A stretch of DNA of 63,794 bases, filler included, from Lenisia limosa (Eukaryota > Protista > Breviatea), in NCBI GenBank assembly GCA_001655205.1. It is 16 parts of 16 records of this genome, joined end to end, with 100 filler letters (N's around TTAATTAATTAA, not from the genome) between each part and the next. Parts side by side here need not be neighbours in the genome. Positions count along the whole stretch, not along the records: positions 1 to 10,265 come from LPNZ01011659.1; positions 10,366 to 13,186 come from LPNZ01005740.1; 14 more parts are not named here. One strand, 5' to 3'. Within the stretch, counting starts at the first letter, position 1; every line of letters starts with the position of its first letter. The position numbers and the translations under genes were made by a program. Positions 1-11,330 of this stretch are shown in pieces. The notes under the pieces were generated by a model, which was not told the DNA's origin, did not search any database, and saw only the letters and a list, made by a program, of their open reading frames with translations.

Positions 1-101
1 ATCACCACCATCATCATCATCATCGTCATCATCATCATCATCATCATCGTCATCATCATCATCATCATCATCATCATAATCATAATCACCATCATAATCA
101 T

Positions 102-131
<30 letters not shown>
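1..131. repeat. (ATC)n/(CAT)n trinucleotide microsatellite
   Basis: About 43 imperfect ATC units at the window start. Confidence 0.95.
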
Positions 132-133
<2 letters not shown>

Positions 134-134
134 C

Positions 135-3100
135 CATCCAACATTCTTTGTTAAGGGTCAAGAAGTCTCGAGTGTTGGTAGTAACTTCGAATGATACCCG
201 AAATTGGTGGAGGAGATAGATCTAAAGGGTGAGGAAGTTGGTGGAGGAGATAAATCTAAAGGGTGAGGATGTAAAAATGGAAAATTTAAAACAAAAAAAA
301 AAAAAGNNNNNNNNNNNNNNNNNNNNNNNNNNNNNNNNNNNNNNNNNNNNNNNNNNNNNNNNNNNNNNNNNNNNNNNNNNNNNNNNNNNNNNNNNNNNNN
401 NNNNNNNNNNNNNNNNNNNNNNNNTGAACATCTTAACGTAGACAAAATGTGTGGAAAAGGACCCCTTACATGATACAAACAATGGGACGAATGGGCCAAG
501 TCAGTCCTTACGTGCCCCTAAAAGATCATATGACCGACTTTCAAGTCAAAATGTTAACCCATATCCATATAATCATAATGGAGGAGAGTGATTACTGAGT
601 GGAGGAGGCATATTATGGCATATTATGGGTCATAAAAAAAGAGCATTCCTGTGTCATCCCTAAGTATTGTTTCTGTTTCTCAAGATTTTAAGATTTTTAA
701 TGTATTTACCCGAACACGAAAGAATAATCACAACCCCCCATTGAATGATGGAATCACAACCCCCCACTGAATGATGGAAGACACTCATTGCCGAAATTAG
801 CGGAAATTCAAATACTTCTGTGATATTGGCGATATTAAGGGGTCTGTGGGGTGAATAGAATCTATCAAAAAAANNNNNNNNNNNNNNNNNNNNNNNNNNN
901 NNNNNNNNNNNNNNNNNNNNNNNNNNNNNNNNNNNNNNNNNNNNNNNNNNNNNNNNNNNNNNNNNNNNNNNNNNNNNNNNNNNNNNNNNTCAATTCAGTT
1001 CGAAAAAAGACTGAGTTTCTCGAAACATCCTCGAAAAATATCGATATATACTGGTCTTTCTTGAAGCCCAAACAAGAAACCCAAGTTAATGCGCCGTAGT
1101 GTTCATAAGAATCCCAAGTCAATGCGCCGTAGTACCACCACTCCCCAGCATACGCATAATGGTCATCTTCACCATTATTGGGCGGAATGTAATATCGCGA
1201 ATACTCCTAAAACCGTAAAACGTGCGGTTGAAAAACAGTCGAAATAATAAAAGGGATCGTTAAAATGTAACCACTCAAAACAACATGTTTGTTTGTCTTC
1301 CACACCCTCACAAACAGCGGGGACTGAAAAAAATGCATAAAGGGATGGACAACACTTTATATTACTCAATTAGCAATCGTATTTGAATACTGTAGTGTTT
1401 TGTTGCTTCTAAAAAAAGACAAAAAATAGGAGATATCAATAAAACACCATTTATATTTGAAATATGTGTATTTTTGATGGTTGGTATGATAGAAAGTGAT
1501 CAAAGGCCCATATCAAAATCCTTAAGTCGGAGTTCCAATTTTTGAAACCGAATTCTGGGGTCCTTAAGTCGGATTCTGGTCTGGTTTAAATGTCATTTGT
1601 GAAAAAAATCTGCCTCTACGACCCTGGAATGTATGGATACTCACTTGCTAACCCAATCCACTCCCCTCACTCCTCCTCTTTGTTCAGAAGTGCTTCACTT
1701 CAGTTTGAAAAAAACTGTTAAATGCCCATAGTTTTGGAGGATATATCGAAAAATGCAGTCTTTTCGAACCGAAGTTAAGCTCAATTACCCCCCCCTTCAT
1801 TTTTACCAAGCCAAACCTGCATGATTCCCTTGAGGCTCCCAACATCAGTAAAAACAATGGCAAGCTCGTCTGATACACACACACTTGATATTTCCAGGTT
1901 CTCCGGTCTGAACTGTGTTAACCATGGTTAATAATAATATGATGGTCAAAATATCGATATTTATAGAGAATTTATCAGGAAATTCAGTAGATATTGGGGC
2001 GTAGGCTAACCCTAATGATGGGTGTAAATTGGATTGTGCTTGTTTTTTCGCAGATGACTCCCTTCGATCAAATGCGAATTTTATCGGATAGGAGTATTCA
2101 TTATCGAAGAATAGGCCTGTCCTGCGGCGATTTATGCGGATTATTCTATTGTAAGTTGGGAATATCGATTATTGGGGAGACAAATAGGAAAATTTATGAT
2201 ATAAAAAAAAACCCAAATCAACTCTGTTGGCTGACAACACACGAGGGTTGGCAACAACAAAACAAACAAAGCGCAGGCTAGTCGCTTCTGTAGCAATCCC
2301 ATCACCCAGCGTACATGGGGGTGACAACAAAGCTGGGAACATGGGCAACAGAAAAGTCGACCATTCGTGGAGTATCAAGCCAAATACGATCAGAGCTCTG
2401 AAACGTGAATTCAAATCTCAAATTAAAAGAGGTACCCTCATATTTTTGAAAGACTCAAATTCAAAATATACTACAACAGAACCTTAAAAAGTTCAGGTAA
2501 TTGCTCTGAAATGATGATTATTGTAAACCTCAAATTAAAACAGTTAAAGCAAATACTCTCATATTCTTGAAAGACCTCCCACCTTTTCACAATCCTGCAA
2601 AACCATGCCCCCCACCCCCCNNNNNNNNNNNNNNNNNNNNNNNNNNNNNNNNNNNNNNNNNNNNNNNNNNNNNNNNNNNAGCCCGGTGTGTTATGAACTT
2701 GTGTTTAGGGCTTCCCTACGGTCCGAAAAAGACCGTTTGAATATCGATATTTATCGAGGATTTATTGAGATATTCAGTCTTTTTTTGGGACCGTTGGGAA
2801 GTCCTACTTGCATTACATCCAGTCCCACCAAAGCCACGTGTGTTATGAACTTGTATTGCGTAACGGCGAAGTCGGAAACTGAGAGAAACTAAAAAAAATG
2901 ATGATAAGAATTCTGTATCTTAATATATAGAGCCCAATTACCAAGAAAACAACAATATAGTATCTCATACATGAATATTATACTATACTATGAGCCAAAT
3001 TACGAAGAAAACACAGATATGCCAAATACAAAGAATTTACGAAGAAAGAACAAAACACTCGAACTCACCAGCTGGGTTCGAGTCTGCGGTTCAGCTGGGA

Positions 3101-4512
3101 GGAGGACGAGGTCCTTATGTATGGCGTTTTCGGCCAACAGATTGTCAAGAATGGACTCCTCTGGAGGGGGAGTAAAAGTGGAAAATTATGAAACAAAAAA
3201 GTTTTGATCGATTTTCAATGGGAAATTACATAATAGATCGGTCAAACATTATCACTGTCACTGTACGTATGATGAAGCCCTACAAACCCTCATTCTCCTG
3301 TATGCGGATGATGAAGCGATAGTGGAAACACGCCGCCGCCGATCTGACTGACAGAAATGTGTCACGTGCAGCAAGGCGCCAATGAAGGTTCCGAACGTCG
3401 GAAGTCAAACCTGTATCCGTGATAACTGTTCTACGGAAAGAGTTAAACATATGATATATACAGATGATATCATAGCATCACCCAATAGTATTTTTAAGCA
3501 CGGTCTGCAATAATTGTTTTCAGAAATTAAATTGTGAATTTTCGAAATAAAGTGTCTGGAAGATAATATGTAGTGTACCCCCGACCAATAAAAAGCGGAC
3601 ACTTCTCCTTTCGTGATTTGGCTACGTGTTTCCCCAAAAGAGAGAAATCTGGAAAATAAATAGAAGGAATTATAATTTTTTTGGGTGGGAAATCAATTGT
3701 GAAAATTCCTCTTCACAATATAGTCTACTATGAAATACTAGAATTACCCCCCTACATATCATTGCAAGGGCTTCCCTACGGTAAGAAAAAGACCGTCAAA
3801 ATATCTATAGTTATCGAGGATTTATCGAGAGATCCAGTCTTTTTTTGGGACCGTAGGGAAGCCCTATATATAGCATTCATCCCCCCCCCCCCTCTCACTA
3901 AAACCCGTGTTATTCTTGAAAAAAGCGGAGGCCGTGCCGTGGTCGCCAAATATAGGCCGCTGAGCTCTCCCCCAGAGGTCCGCAGGATATGTGCGCGAAA
4001 ATATCTAAGAAATAATTACAGGGGCTGTCAAGACCCACTTTAATCATTGTTCTTTGTTCAGGGATTCCATCACCCACCCCCTCCCTCTATATTTATAAAA
4101 CTACGGCGCTGTCAACTTGCAACCGGACTAGTTCATATTAGTGGGATCCCTGATCCTTAACTATCTGTAAAAAATCCCCTCTATGGAGCAGTCTTTTTTC
4201 GAACCTCAAGCCCTTGACCCTCCCCCCACAAACCTGGATTTTATCAAGGTAAGGGACATCCTTCGGATCAAACATTATAACAGGAGCTGGGCCGGCCGGG
4301 GTAACTGACGACATCCCGTACCGCACCGCATCAATCTGGTCCGCCATAGTCTGACGTGCTACACAGGACATGGGGAAGTTGATTGGGTCGAAGAAGGCGG
4401 GGTCTGCGACAAAAATTGCCCTGTTGTTTGGTAGGAAAATGAGTACGACGCTGCCTCCAAACACCACCAAGGCGAAGAGCTTCAGTACCCATTGGTATTT
4501 GACGGAAAGCAT
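135..4512 (-). CDS. Multi-exon GT31 (beta-1,3-galactosyltransferase-like) type II membrane glycosyltransferase
   Basis: ATG at 4512 gives MLSVKYQWVLKLFALVVFGGSVVLIFLP (N-terminal TM). Phase-consistent GT-AG exons give KCPLFIGLTSDVRNLHWRLAARDTF...EEESILDNLLAENAIHKDLVLLP, resembling the GT31 motifs LLIGV.S...RR.AIR.TW and L..E...HGD. Assignment of exons below ~3070 is less certain. Confidence 0.65.
2174..2312 (-). repeat. Family B module in the GT31 gene intron
   Basis: Full-length copy, sense to the minus-strand host. Confidence 0.85.
2706..2806. mobile_element. Family A MITE (A2 end TAGGGCTTCCCTACGG)
   Basis: Same core ATATCGAT/TTTATCGA; the terminal TA overlaps the minus-strand donor GTA at 2805-2807. 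Confidence 0.85.
3766..3866. mobile_element. Family A MITE (A2 ends)
   Basis: GGGCTTCCCTACGGT...ACCGTAGGGAAGCCCTA. Confidence 0.9.
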
Positions 4513-4626
4513 GGTGGACCTAATCCTGGTTTTGTGAAGCACAAAAAGAAAGAAATAACATTAAAATACCTGGGGATACCTAAATGTAAATGGATTTGAC
4601 CTTCTTTTAAAGTCTCGACCGATTTG

Positions 4627-4735
4627 TAGGGCTCCATACAATTAATTTTTTTAAGAAATTAATTGGGAAAATTAAAGTGTCTCAAATTCAGTTTAAGAGT
4701 CACACTTAAAAAAATTAATTGCACGGAGGAGCCCT
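4627..4735. mobile_element. Family E AT-rich MITE (TIR TAGGGCTCCRTRCAATTAATT)
   Basis: Inverted ends present; related copies at ~5063-5190 and ~60900-61030. Confidence 0.7.
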
Positions 4736-5769
4736 TCCAATTTTCCTTGGGAAAGCACGGAGCAAATCGGTCAAGACTTATCCCGGTCACTGTACTATGT
4801 ACATATTAAAATTATATTCTAAACTGTTAATTACTCATATTTTGCGGATTACTTAACTAATAATTCTGCATTTCCAGATGTATTTTTTTGTAAATACAAG
4901 AATTGACAGCTTGGCTAATACATATATGTAGTTAGAGAGCACCACACATAATTCTCTCTCTTTTGCTTCCTAATAAATAGGACTCTGTGCCAATATATTA
5001 TTCAAGAAATTAAATAATATTATATCATCATCAATACTACAGAAGACAAATGTTGGGGTGCTTAGGGCTCCGTGCAATGAATTTTTTTGAGAGAATTAAT
5101 TGACAAAATTAGAAATTAAAAAGTCTGAAATGGGGTTCTCGTTATAATATGTTCCACTTCAAATTTTGAAAATAATTTGTCAATTAATTGCGGTGAATTA
5201 AAGAAATACAATGCTTAGAAACGTGATGGTGTGCATGAAGATGTGTAAGAAAATGATGATTAGAATTAATAGAACACTCCTTTTAGCAACCACGATCTCA
5301 CCTTCTCGATTGCCGAATTCAACTCAGGATGCAGCCGCCCATCTGCTGTTCTGCGATGTTGATGTAACAAAGTAACAAAGGGAGGAATAGCGTAGAGGGG
5401 ACTAATGTCTTACACGTCTCCCTGTACCCTGCTGCAATTACGATCAGATGATTGCGAGTGATGATCACCTGTTACACTCAAGGGCAGTTCTCTCTTTTCC
5501 TCAATATCTCTGATCAATCTCTCTCCCGCTCCCCCCACTCTTGCGTGTTGTGTGTTGTTCAGCGTGAGTTTACGCCCTTACAACACCTTCGAAAGTTTCT
5601 CGAAATATTTCGAGAAATTTAAAAATCACAAATTTTCATTTTTTTGTGAATTTGTGAATTGAAATCGAGACACGAGTTGTAGTATCGTAGATAGAAAGTG
5701 TGTTTTTTTGTTGAAGAAGAGTTGGTTAGACCCGTAGGACAACTCCTTTTTGTTCGCTAAAGAGCAACA

Positions 5770-8700
5770 ATGGGAGCCTCAACGCCCAGGAAAAAGGCCA
5801 ATGCTGCCGCTACAAAAAATACGGAAGAAAAGCCAAAGAAGTCCTCTTTCCAGAAATTCGTAATTCGCTCGATTTCAGGAATTGCGCTCCTCGCTGCCTT
5901 CCTCCTGGCGGTATATTTGAGTGTTTTAATACTAGGTATCATATTCGCACATCGCAGTGGCGCTAACAATCATCTTCTGCGGGCTTGCTATGTACTACGA
6001 GATCGTTCGGATTGGTTACGAGTGGAACAAGGAGAAGAACCTCCCGTACTTCCGCATTCTTTATCTGTATTTTGAGTTCTTGTAACATAGGTATTTTCTT
6101 CTGGTTGTCGGCTTCTATTTCTATGGTCAAGACTTTGTCACACTCAATCCTGACCTTCTTACAACTAACATTGGCTCGGTGGGTTGTTAGTATTTCAAGT
6201 AGGATTTCTTATTGTTCCGGAACGTTTATGGAATAAGACAATCATATGTACACTTATTATTTGTAGTTTAATTCGTCATATTGATGAATCATTTATGATT
6301 ATGAGTTTATCCCCGATCATATTAACAAATTTTGTGGGTTTTTTATGGTGTTTACCTGATCTTTGGTATATTGACGGATTATTTAAGGTCTTTACATCTA
6401 CCTTCTTAACGACGTTTAGTTGATTCTGAAGTACCATCAATTTGCCACATATGCCATGTATTGCGCCGGCCTGGTCTGGTTCGTGCTGCTTCTCAAAAGA
6501 GGGATGCTCCGCTACCAATTTGGTTNNNNNNNNNNNNNNNNNNNNNNNNNNNNNNNNNNNNNNNNNNNNNNNNNNNNNNNNNNNNNNNNNNNNNNNNNNN
6601 NNNNNNNNNNNNNNNNNNNNNNNNNNNNNNNNNNNNNNNGAAATTGAACTGTCTCGATAAATATCGATATTTTCTCGAAGATGAAGGGGTCATTCATGTT
6701 TTTTCTTATTTTTTAATTTATTTATTTATTATTTACTACTACAAATATCTCTTTCACAAGAAACGTAATCTCAAATCGCAACAATCTTACCTTTTTGGTG
6801 TGAGTATATACACATGTCCCTTAAGGGTTTCAAATGGGAAAGTTGTCTCGGATATCCAAGCACGCTTTTATTGCGCGTCATACTCAACGTGAATCACGCC
6901 ACTTTTGACTCTTTCACTTAAGTCATTATCAATACAAAATAGAATATTATACATAAATCACTCCAATGAAAGCCTATTCTTTGACAATTAATGCCACGTC
7001 ATCAGGACCAAAATCGTTGAAATTTTGTGGATATTTCAATTTTCTTAAGTTTCGTTTAAAATGATTTTTAAACAGTTCTAGAGAGTATTTTTTTAATTTG
7101 GTGAAAATTGCGTGAAAGTTGACAAAATCCGAGCCAAGTTTCTCAGTGCCATACCTGCTTTAACCCAATCCAGGCCAGCTCGCGTGGATCCATCTCTCGT
7201 TCCTCATGACTATTGGCACTTCGCATGTTATTGCCAGCCACATCNNNNNNNNNNNNNNNNNNNNNNNNNNNNNNNNNNNNNNNNNNNNNNNNNNNNNNNA
7301 TAAAATTTGGAATTTGTATTTTTGAAAATTTGGTGTGATAAACTGTCTCTCATATCATGCACATATTATACATACTGACCGTGATATGTCTTGACACAAA
7401 TATTGAGCTTTATCTTGAGTCAACTGTGGCGCTGTATGTCATATAATATGTATTATATCATCTGTCATATAAATGTACTACTATGTGCTATAATACCCTT
7501 ACCAATTATTTGGGCTTCCCTGCGATCCCAAAAAAGACTTAATTTCTCGATAATTCATCGATAAGTATCGATATTTTACCGGTCGTTTTCGGACCGCAGG
7601 GAAACCCTACTGGTAACTACGTGCTGCAGTATCCAGGCTCTCTAATAGGTGTTGTTCCTGGTGATATGTACGCGATTGCATATCATATATAGTGATTCAT
7701 TCCTACATGTACAACATGATATTGTATAATTTAGTATATAATAATTAGGGCTTCACTTCGGTTCGGAAAATACCGGTAAAATATCGATTTTTTCAAGGAT
7801 TTATCGGGAAATTCAGTCTTTTTTTGAACCGAAGTAAAGCCCTAATTATGGCGTATACTATGTGATGTATACTTGTATGTATTATATCATATTAAATAAT
7901 AAAATACGCACTGACAACACAGGTCTGGTTCCTCTTCCCCGCACTCCTGGTGATTGCCAATGACTCTTTTGCCTACTTCTTCGGCAAGACGTTTGGACGT
8001 ACTAGGCTGATCAAACTATCCCCGAACAAAACCTGGTATGAGGATTGTTGGTAGGGCTTCACTTCAGTTCGAAAAAAGACTTAATTTCTTGATAAATCCT
8101 CTTAAACTATCGATATGTCACCAGTCTGTTTCGAACCTAAGTGAAGCCCTAATAGGGTGTTTAAGTGAAGCCCTAATAGGGTGTTTAAGTGAAGCCCTAA
8201 TAGGGTGTTTAAGTGAGTGATATACATAAACCTATTACAATTTCCAATTTTCAACATACGCTCCCCTCTGTTCCCCTTCTCCCCACATTTTTACCTCTCC
8301 AACCATCAAATTGCTTGTTCCTTTGTTCTGTTAATCTGTTATTTGTTTTTCGTATCCATCGTTCATATTACTATGTATATCATCTTCATATTCCGATTAC
8401 GTTCTCTCTCTCCCGGGGTTTATTTGTCATCCATGGGGGCGGTGACCGATCAAACTGTCCCGAACAAAACCTGGCGGTGAAGATGGTGAAGATGAACCTA
8501 GTACATAGTACTATATTATGTACTCTTGGGAAGGCTTCATTTGTCTAATTCTTTTTTATGATCTAGGGAAGGCTTCATTGGAGCCATGTTCTCCACCTTT
8601 TTCCTGGCGATTGTGATGTCTAGCTATGTACCCCAAATGCCCTGGTTCTATTGTCCCTCTAGACCCTTGGTAATACGGGGTTGGACGTCTTCGGCCTGAT

Positions 8701-9950
8701 GCCATTTTAATCATCCCTTATTATACCTCTCTGGTGTTTAAATAACAACCTTATTAATATGCTGCAAGGCAAATGAGTGGGTGAATGAGTATTTTATTTT
8801 TTCATAAATTTTCCTATTTTACCCCGCTCCCCCCGATGCGGTGCTTCAGAAGCTACTGGCCTGGGCTTTGTTTGTNNNNNNNNNNNNNNNNNNNNNNNNN
8901 NNNNNNNNNNNNNNNNNNNNNNNNNNNNNNNNNNNNNNNNNNNNNNNNNNNNNNNNNNNNNNNNNNNNNNNNNNNNNNNNNNNNNNNNNNNNNTGCGGCC
9001 TTCCAGACGCCTTCGTGCGCCACGATACCTTGATCGATTTTAACGTGGGATGGGGGGTGTTATGTGCCGTCAAAGGCTGGCTCGGATTTCTATTTGTGTT
9101 TTCGTCATCTGGTTTTTTGTCTGTTGGTTGCTCGTATTTGTTATTGCTTGTATTTTGTTTTGGAGTTTCAGATCATTCGGTTCGTGATTAGAAAGGCACC
9201 CCAATATTCTTCATATGTCCTTCATTTTACCTTACGCTTGAGTGATGGGGTGCGGTGCTACAGAAGCNNNNNNNNNNNNNNNNNNNNNNNNNNNNNNNNN
9301 NNNNNNNNNNNNNNNNNNNNNNNNNNNNNNNNNNNNNNNNNNNNNNNNNNNNNNNNNNNNNNNNNNNNNNNNTTCCCCCTCAGATTATCGGCCTGGATGT
9401 GGTGACGTCCTTAGAAGTGTCGAATTTTGACGTTTTCGCCGTGACCGCGGCTCTCTTTGTGTCCATTGTGGCTCCGTTTGGAGGTTTCTTTGCCAGCGGC
9501 CTTAAACGGGCGTATAATCTTGATGACTTTGGTGACACTATTCCCGGACATGGGGGGGTCACGGACCGCATGGATTGCCAGGTGGGAGTTGATTCATTTA
9601 CCTCTTTCCTTTCCTTCTTTTATCCCACCCCCTGTTATTTGTCTTTGTTTCCCGTTCGCTGGAGTGATGGGATGCGGTGCTGCAGATGGGCTTTGTTTGT
9701 TTTGTTGTTATCTACTTTCGTGTGTTGTCACCAACAGAATTGGTTTTGGGCTCTCTTCAGACATTTCCCAATTTTACAACAGAGTTGATTTTGGACTTTT
9801 TTTTTGTTTCATCAATTTTCCAATTTCATTCCCCACAGCTTCTCGTGGGCCTCTTCAGTGCTCTGTACCACTCAGCTTTCGTCGCTACCGGTGTGTCGGT
9901 AGCTGCAGCCATGAAGGCGGTGGCCTTGCTGTCCACTGTTAAGCAGAAGG
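5770..9950 (+). CDS. CDS: Phosphatidate cytidylyltransferase (CDP-DAG synthase), 3' end probably truncated by scaffold end
   Basis: Exons 5770-5910, 5936-6066, 6091-6178, 6420-~6522, ~7165-7244, 7923-8035, 8567-~8670, ~8994-9051, 9384-9581, 9839-9950. They give [45 protein letters not shown] and [37 protein letters not shown], which are CTP_transf_1 signature motifs. Confidence 0.95.
7746..7844. mobile_element. Family A palindromic MITE (type copy)
   Basis: TAGGGCTTCACTTCGGTTC...GAACCGAAGT(G/A)AAGCCCTA, ~100 bp, ~27-bp TIRs, TA at both ends. About 38 full or partial copies counted by eye in the window. Confidence 0.9.
8052..8151. mobile_element. Family A MITE followed by tandem copies of its terminus
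   Basis: Full TIR pair; the 24-bp unit AAGTGAAGCCCTAATAGGGTGTTT is repeated 3x to ~8218. Confidence 0.9.
9660..9838 (+). repeat. Family B intron 3'-end module (in CDS intron 9582-9838)
   Basis: GTGATGGGATGCGGTGCTGCAGA...GCTTTGTTTGTTTTGTTGTTATC...CAACAGAGTTGATTTTGG...TTTGTTTCAT.AATTTTCCAATTT..CCCC.CAG, ending at the acceptor. Confidence 0.9.
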
Positions 9951-10145
9951 GTGGGGGGGTCAATCTAGTATGTCAAGGGCTTTCCCTCGTACCAAAAAAT
10001 GACCGAATTTCAAGATAAATCAATATCGATATTTGATCGGTCTTTTTCGGACTGTAGGGAAGCTCTAAGTATGAATTTCTCGTTCCCAGTCGGATAGGAT
10101 CGCGCATTTCCCCCGATATTGATCCTCGAGATATTTTCTTATAAT

Positions 10146-10245
10146 TAGGGCTTGACTTCGGTTCGAAAAAAGACTGAATTTCTCGATAAATCTTTGAAAA
10201 CTATCAATATTTTACCGGTCGTTTTTGAACCGAAGTGAAGCCCTA
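10146..10245. mobile_element. Family A MITE
   Basis: Full 100-bp copy TA...TA. Confidence 0.9.
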
Positions 10246-10265
10246 CTTTTAATATATCTTGCATA

Positions 10266-10365
10266 NNNNNNNNNNNNNNNNNNNNNNNNNNNNNNNNNNN
10301 NNNNNNNNNTTAATTAATTAANNNNNNNNNNNNNNNNNNNNNNNNNNNNNNNNNNNNNNNNNNNN
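10266..10365. other. Artificial 100-bp scaffold linker 44N-TTAATTAATTAA-44N (first of 15)
   Basis: Identical linkers at 10266, 13187, 20070, 23555, 24957, 29198, 30733, 37906, 42688, 46632, 53293, 54637, 57548, 60228 and 62460. The 12-mer has stops in all six frames, and genes break at these points. Confidence 0.97.
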
Positions 10366-10474
10366 AGAATTCTGTAAATATGGAACAAAAAACAACAACA
10401 ACAACAACAAAAAAAAAAAACTGTAATACATTGATAGGTAAAAACGAGTGGTGACCCTCACTACAACCTTTCAC

Positions 10475-10570
10475 CTGCCTGTCCCTCTGATTTAAAAGGC
10501 TGCTGTCGTCATCAATAAGGCTGCGTACTTCGTCAAGAAATCCGCAACGACTTGCTTCAAAAATGTCCAT
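10475..10570 (-). CDS. First exon of an ankyrin-repeat protein (rest cut by scaffold end)
   Basis: MDIFEASRCGFLDEVRSLIDDDSSLLNQRDRQ followed by a GT donor; typical ankyrin helix-turn-helix start. Confidence 0.7.
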
Positions 10571-11330
10571 TTTGGCGATGCAGGTGCAAGGATGTAGGGA
10601 GGTATGGGGTGGATGGGTAGGGTGGATTGGTGGTAGGGGGGGGGGNNNNNNNNNNNNNNNNNNNNNNNNNNNNNNNNNNNNNNNNNNNNNNNNNNNNNNN
10701 NNNNNNNNNNNNNNNNNNNNNNNNNNNNNNNNNNNNNNNNNNNNNNACAAATAGCCTGTAAACTGCGCAAAAGCGTCAAAAGCAGAGAAACATACATTAG
10801 TACAACTAATGTAACAAATGTAACCCTTTTACCCCGGTTTTCTTGAAATCCAAGTCCTCCTTGTCCCTCTGGCTTATCCAATTATAGGGAGGAAAAGGCG
10901 GCAGTTAAGAAGGAAGTTGAAGAAAGAAGAAGGCATCGATCTCATGTCGGAACAAATCCACTGAAACTGAAGCATCACGCGTAACTACTCTTTTGTTGAA
11001 GGGAGTTCTAGTACTGATCCTCATCTTTAATTCTGCAAAACACAGTCCACCCACCTGTCACACAGCTACGTTCTCAAAGGCGGCTCATTTTGACCGTCAC
11101 TACTGTCTCCTTTCATCGCGTTTATCATGGTTTGAAAGAATATGGGAGGAAGAGTTCTCTCCATTTTAATTTTAATCGAAGAATCTCTAATTTGAGTTTC
11201 ATACTGTTGGTGATAATTAATCTTTTTTTTTGTGATAATATGTTACTTTTTTTTTATCATGTTCAAGTACTATAATCCTCCTTGTAAAGCACCACCCGCC
11301 CCCCAGTTTCAACCCCCTCTGACCAAGTAG

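Noticed and set aside
1-131. Poly-His/poly-Asp coding exon
   Set aside because: No splice or ORF support could be established; treated as a microsatellite.
9660-9838. Family B as a group II intron remnant
   Set aside because: No domain V motif or GUGYG...AY ends; host introns are GT-AG.
10310-10321. Recurrent TTAATTAATTAA palindrome as a biological motif
   Set aside because: It is always centred in exactly 44N+44N; a synthetic six-frame-stop linker.
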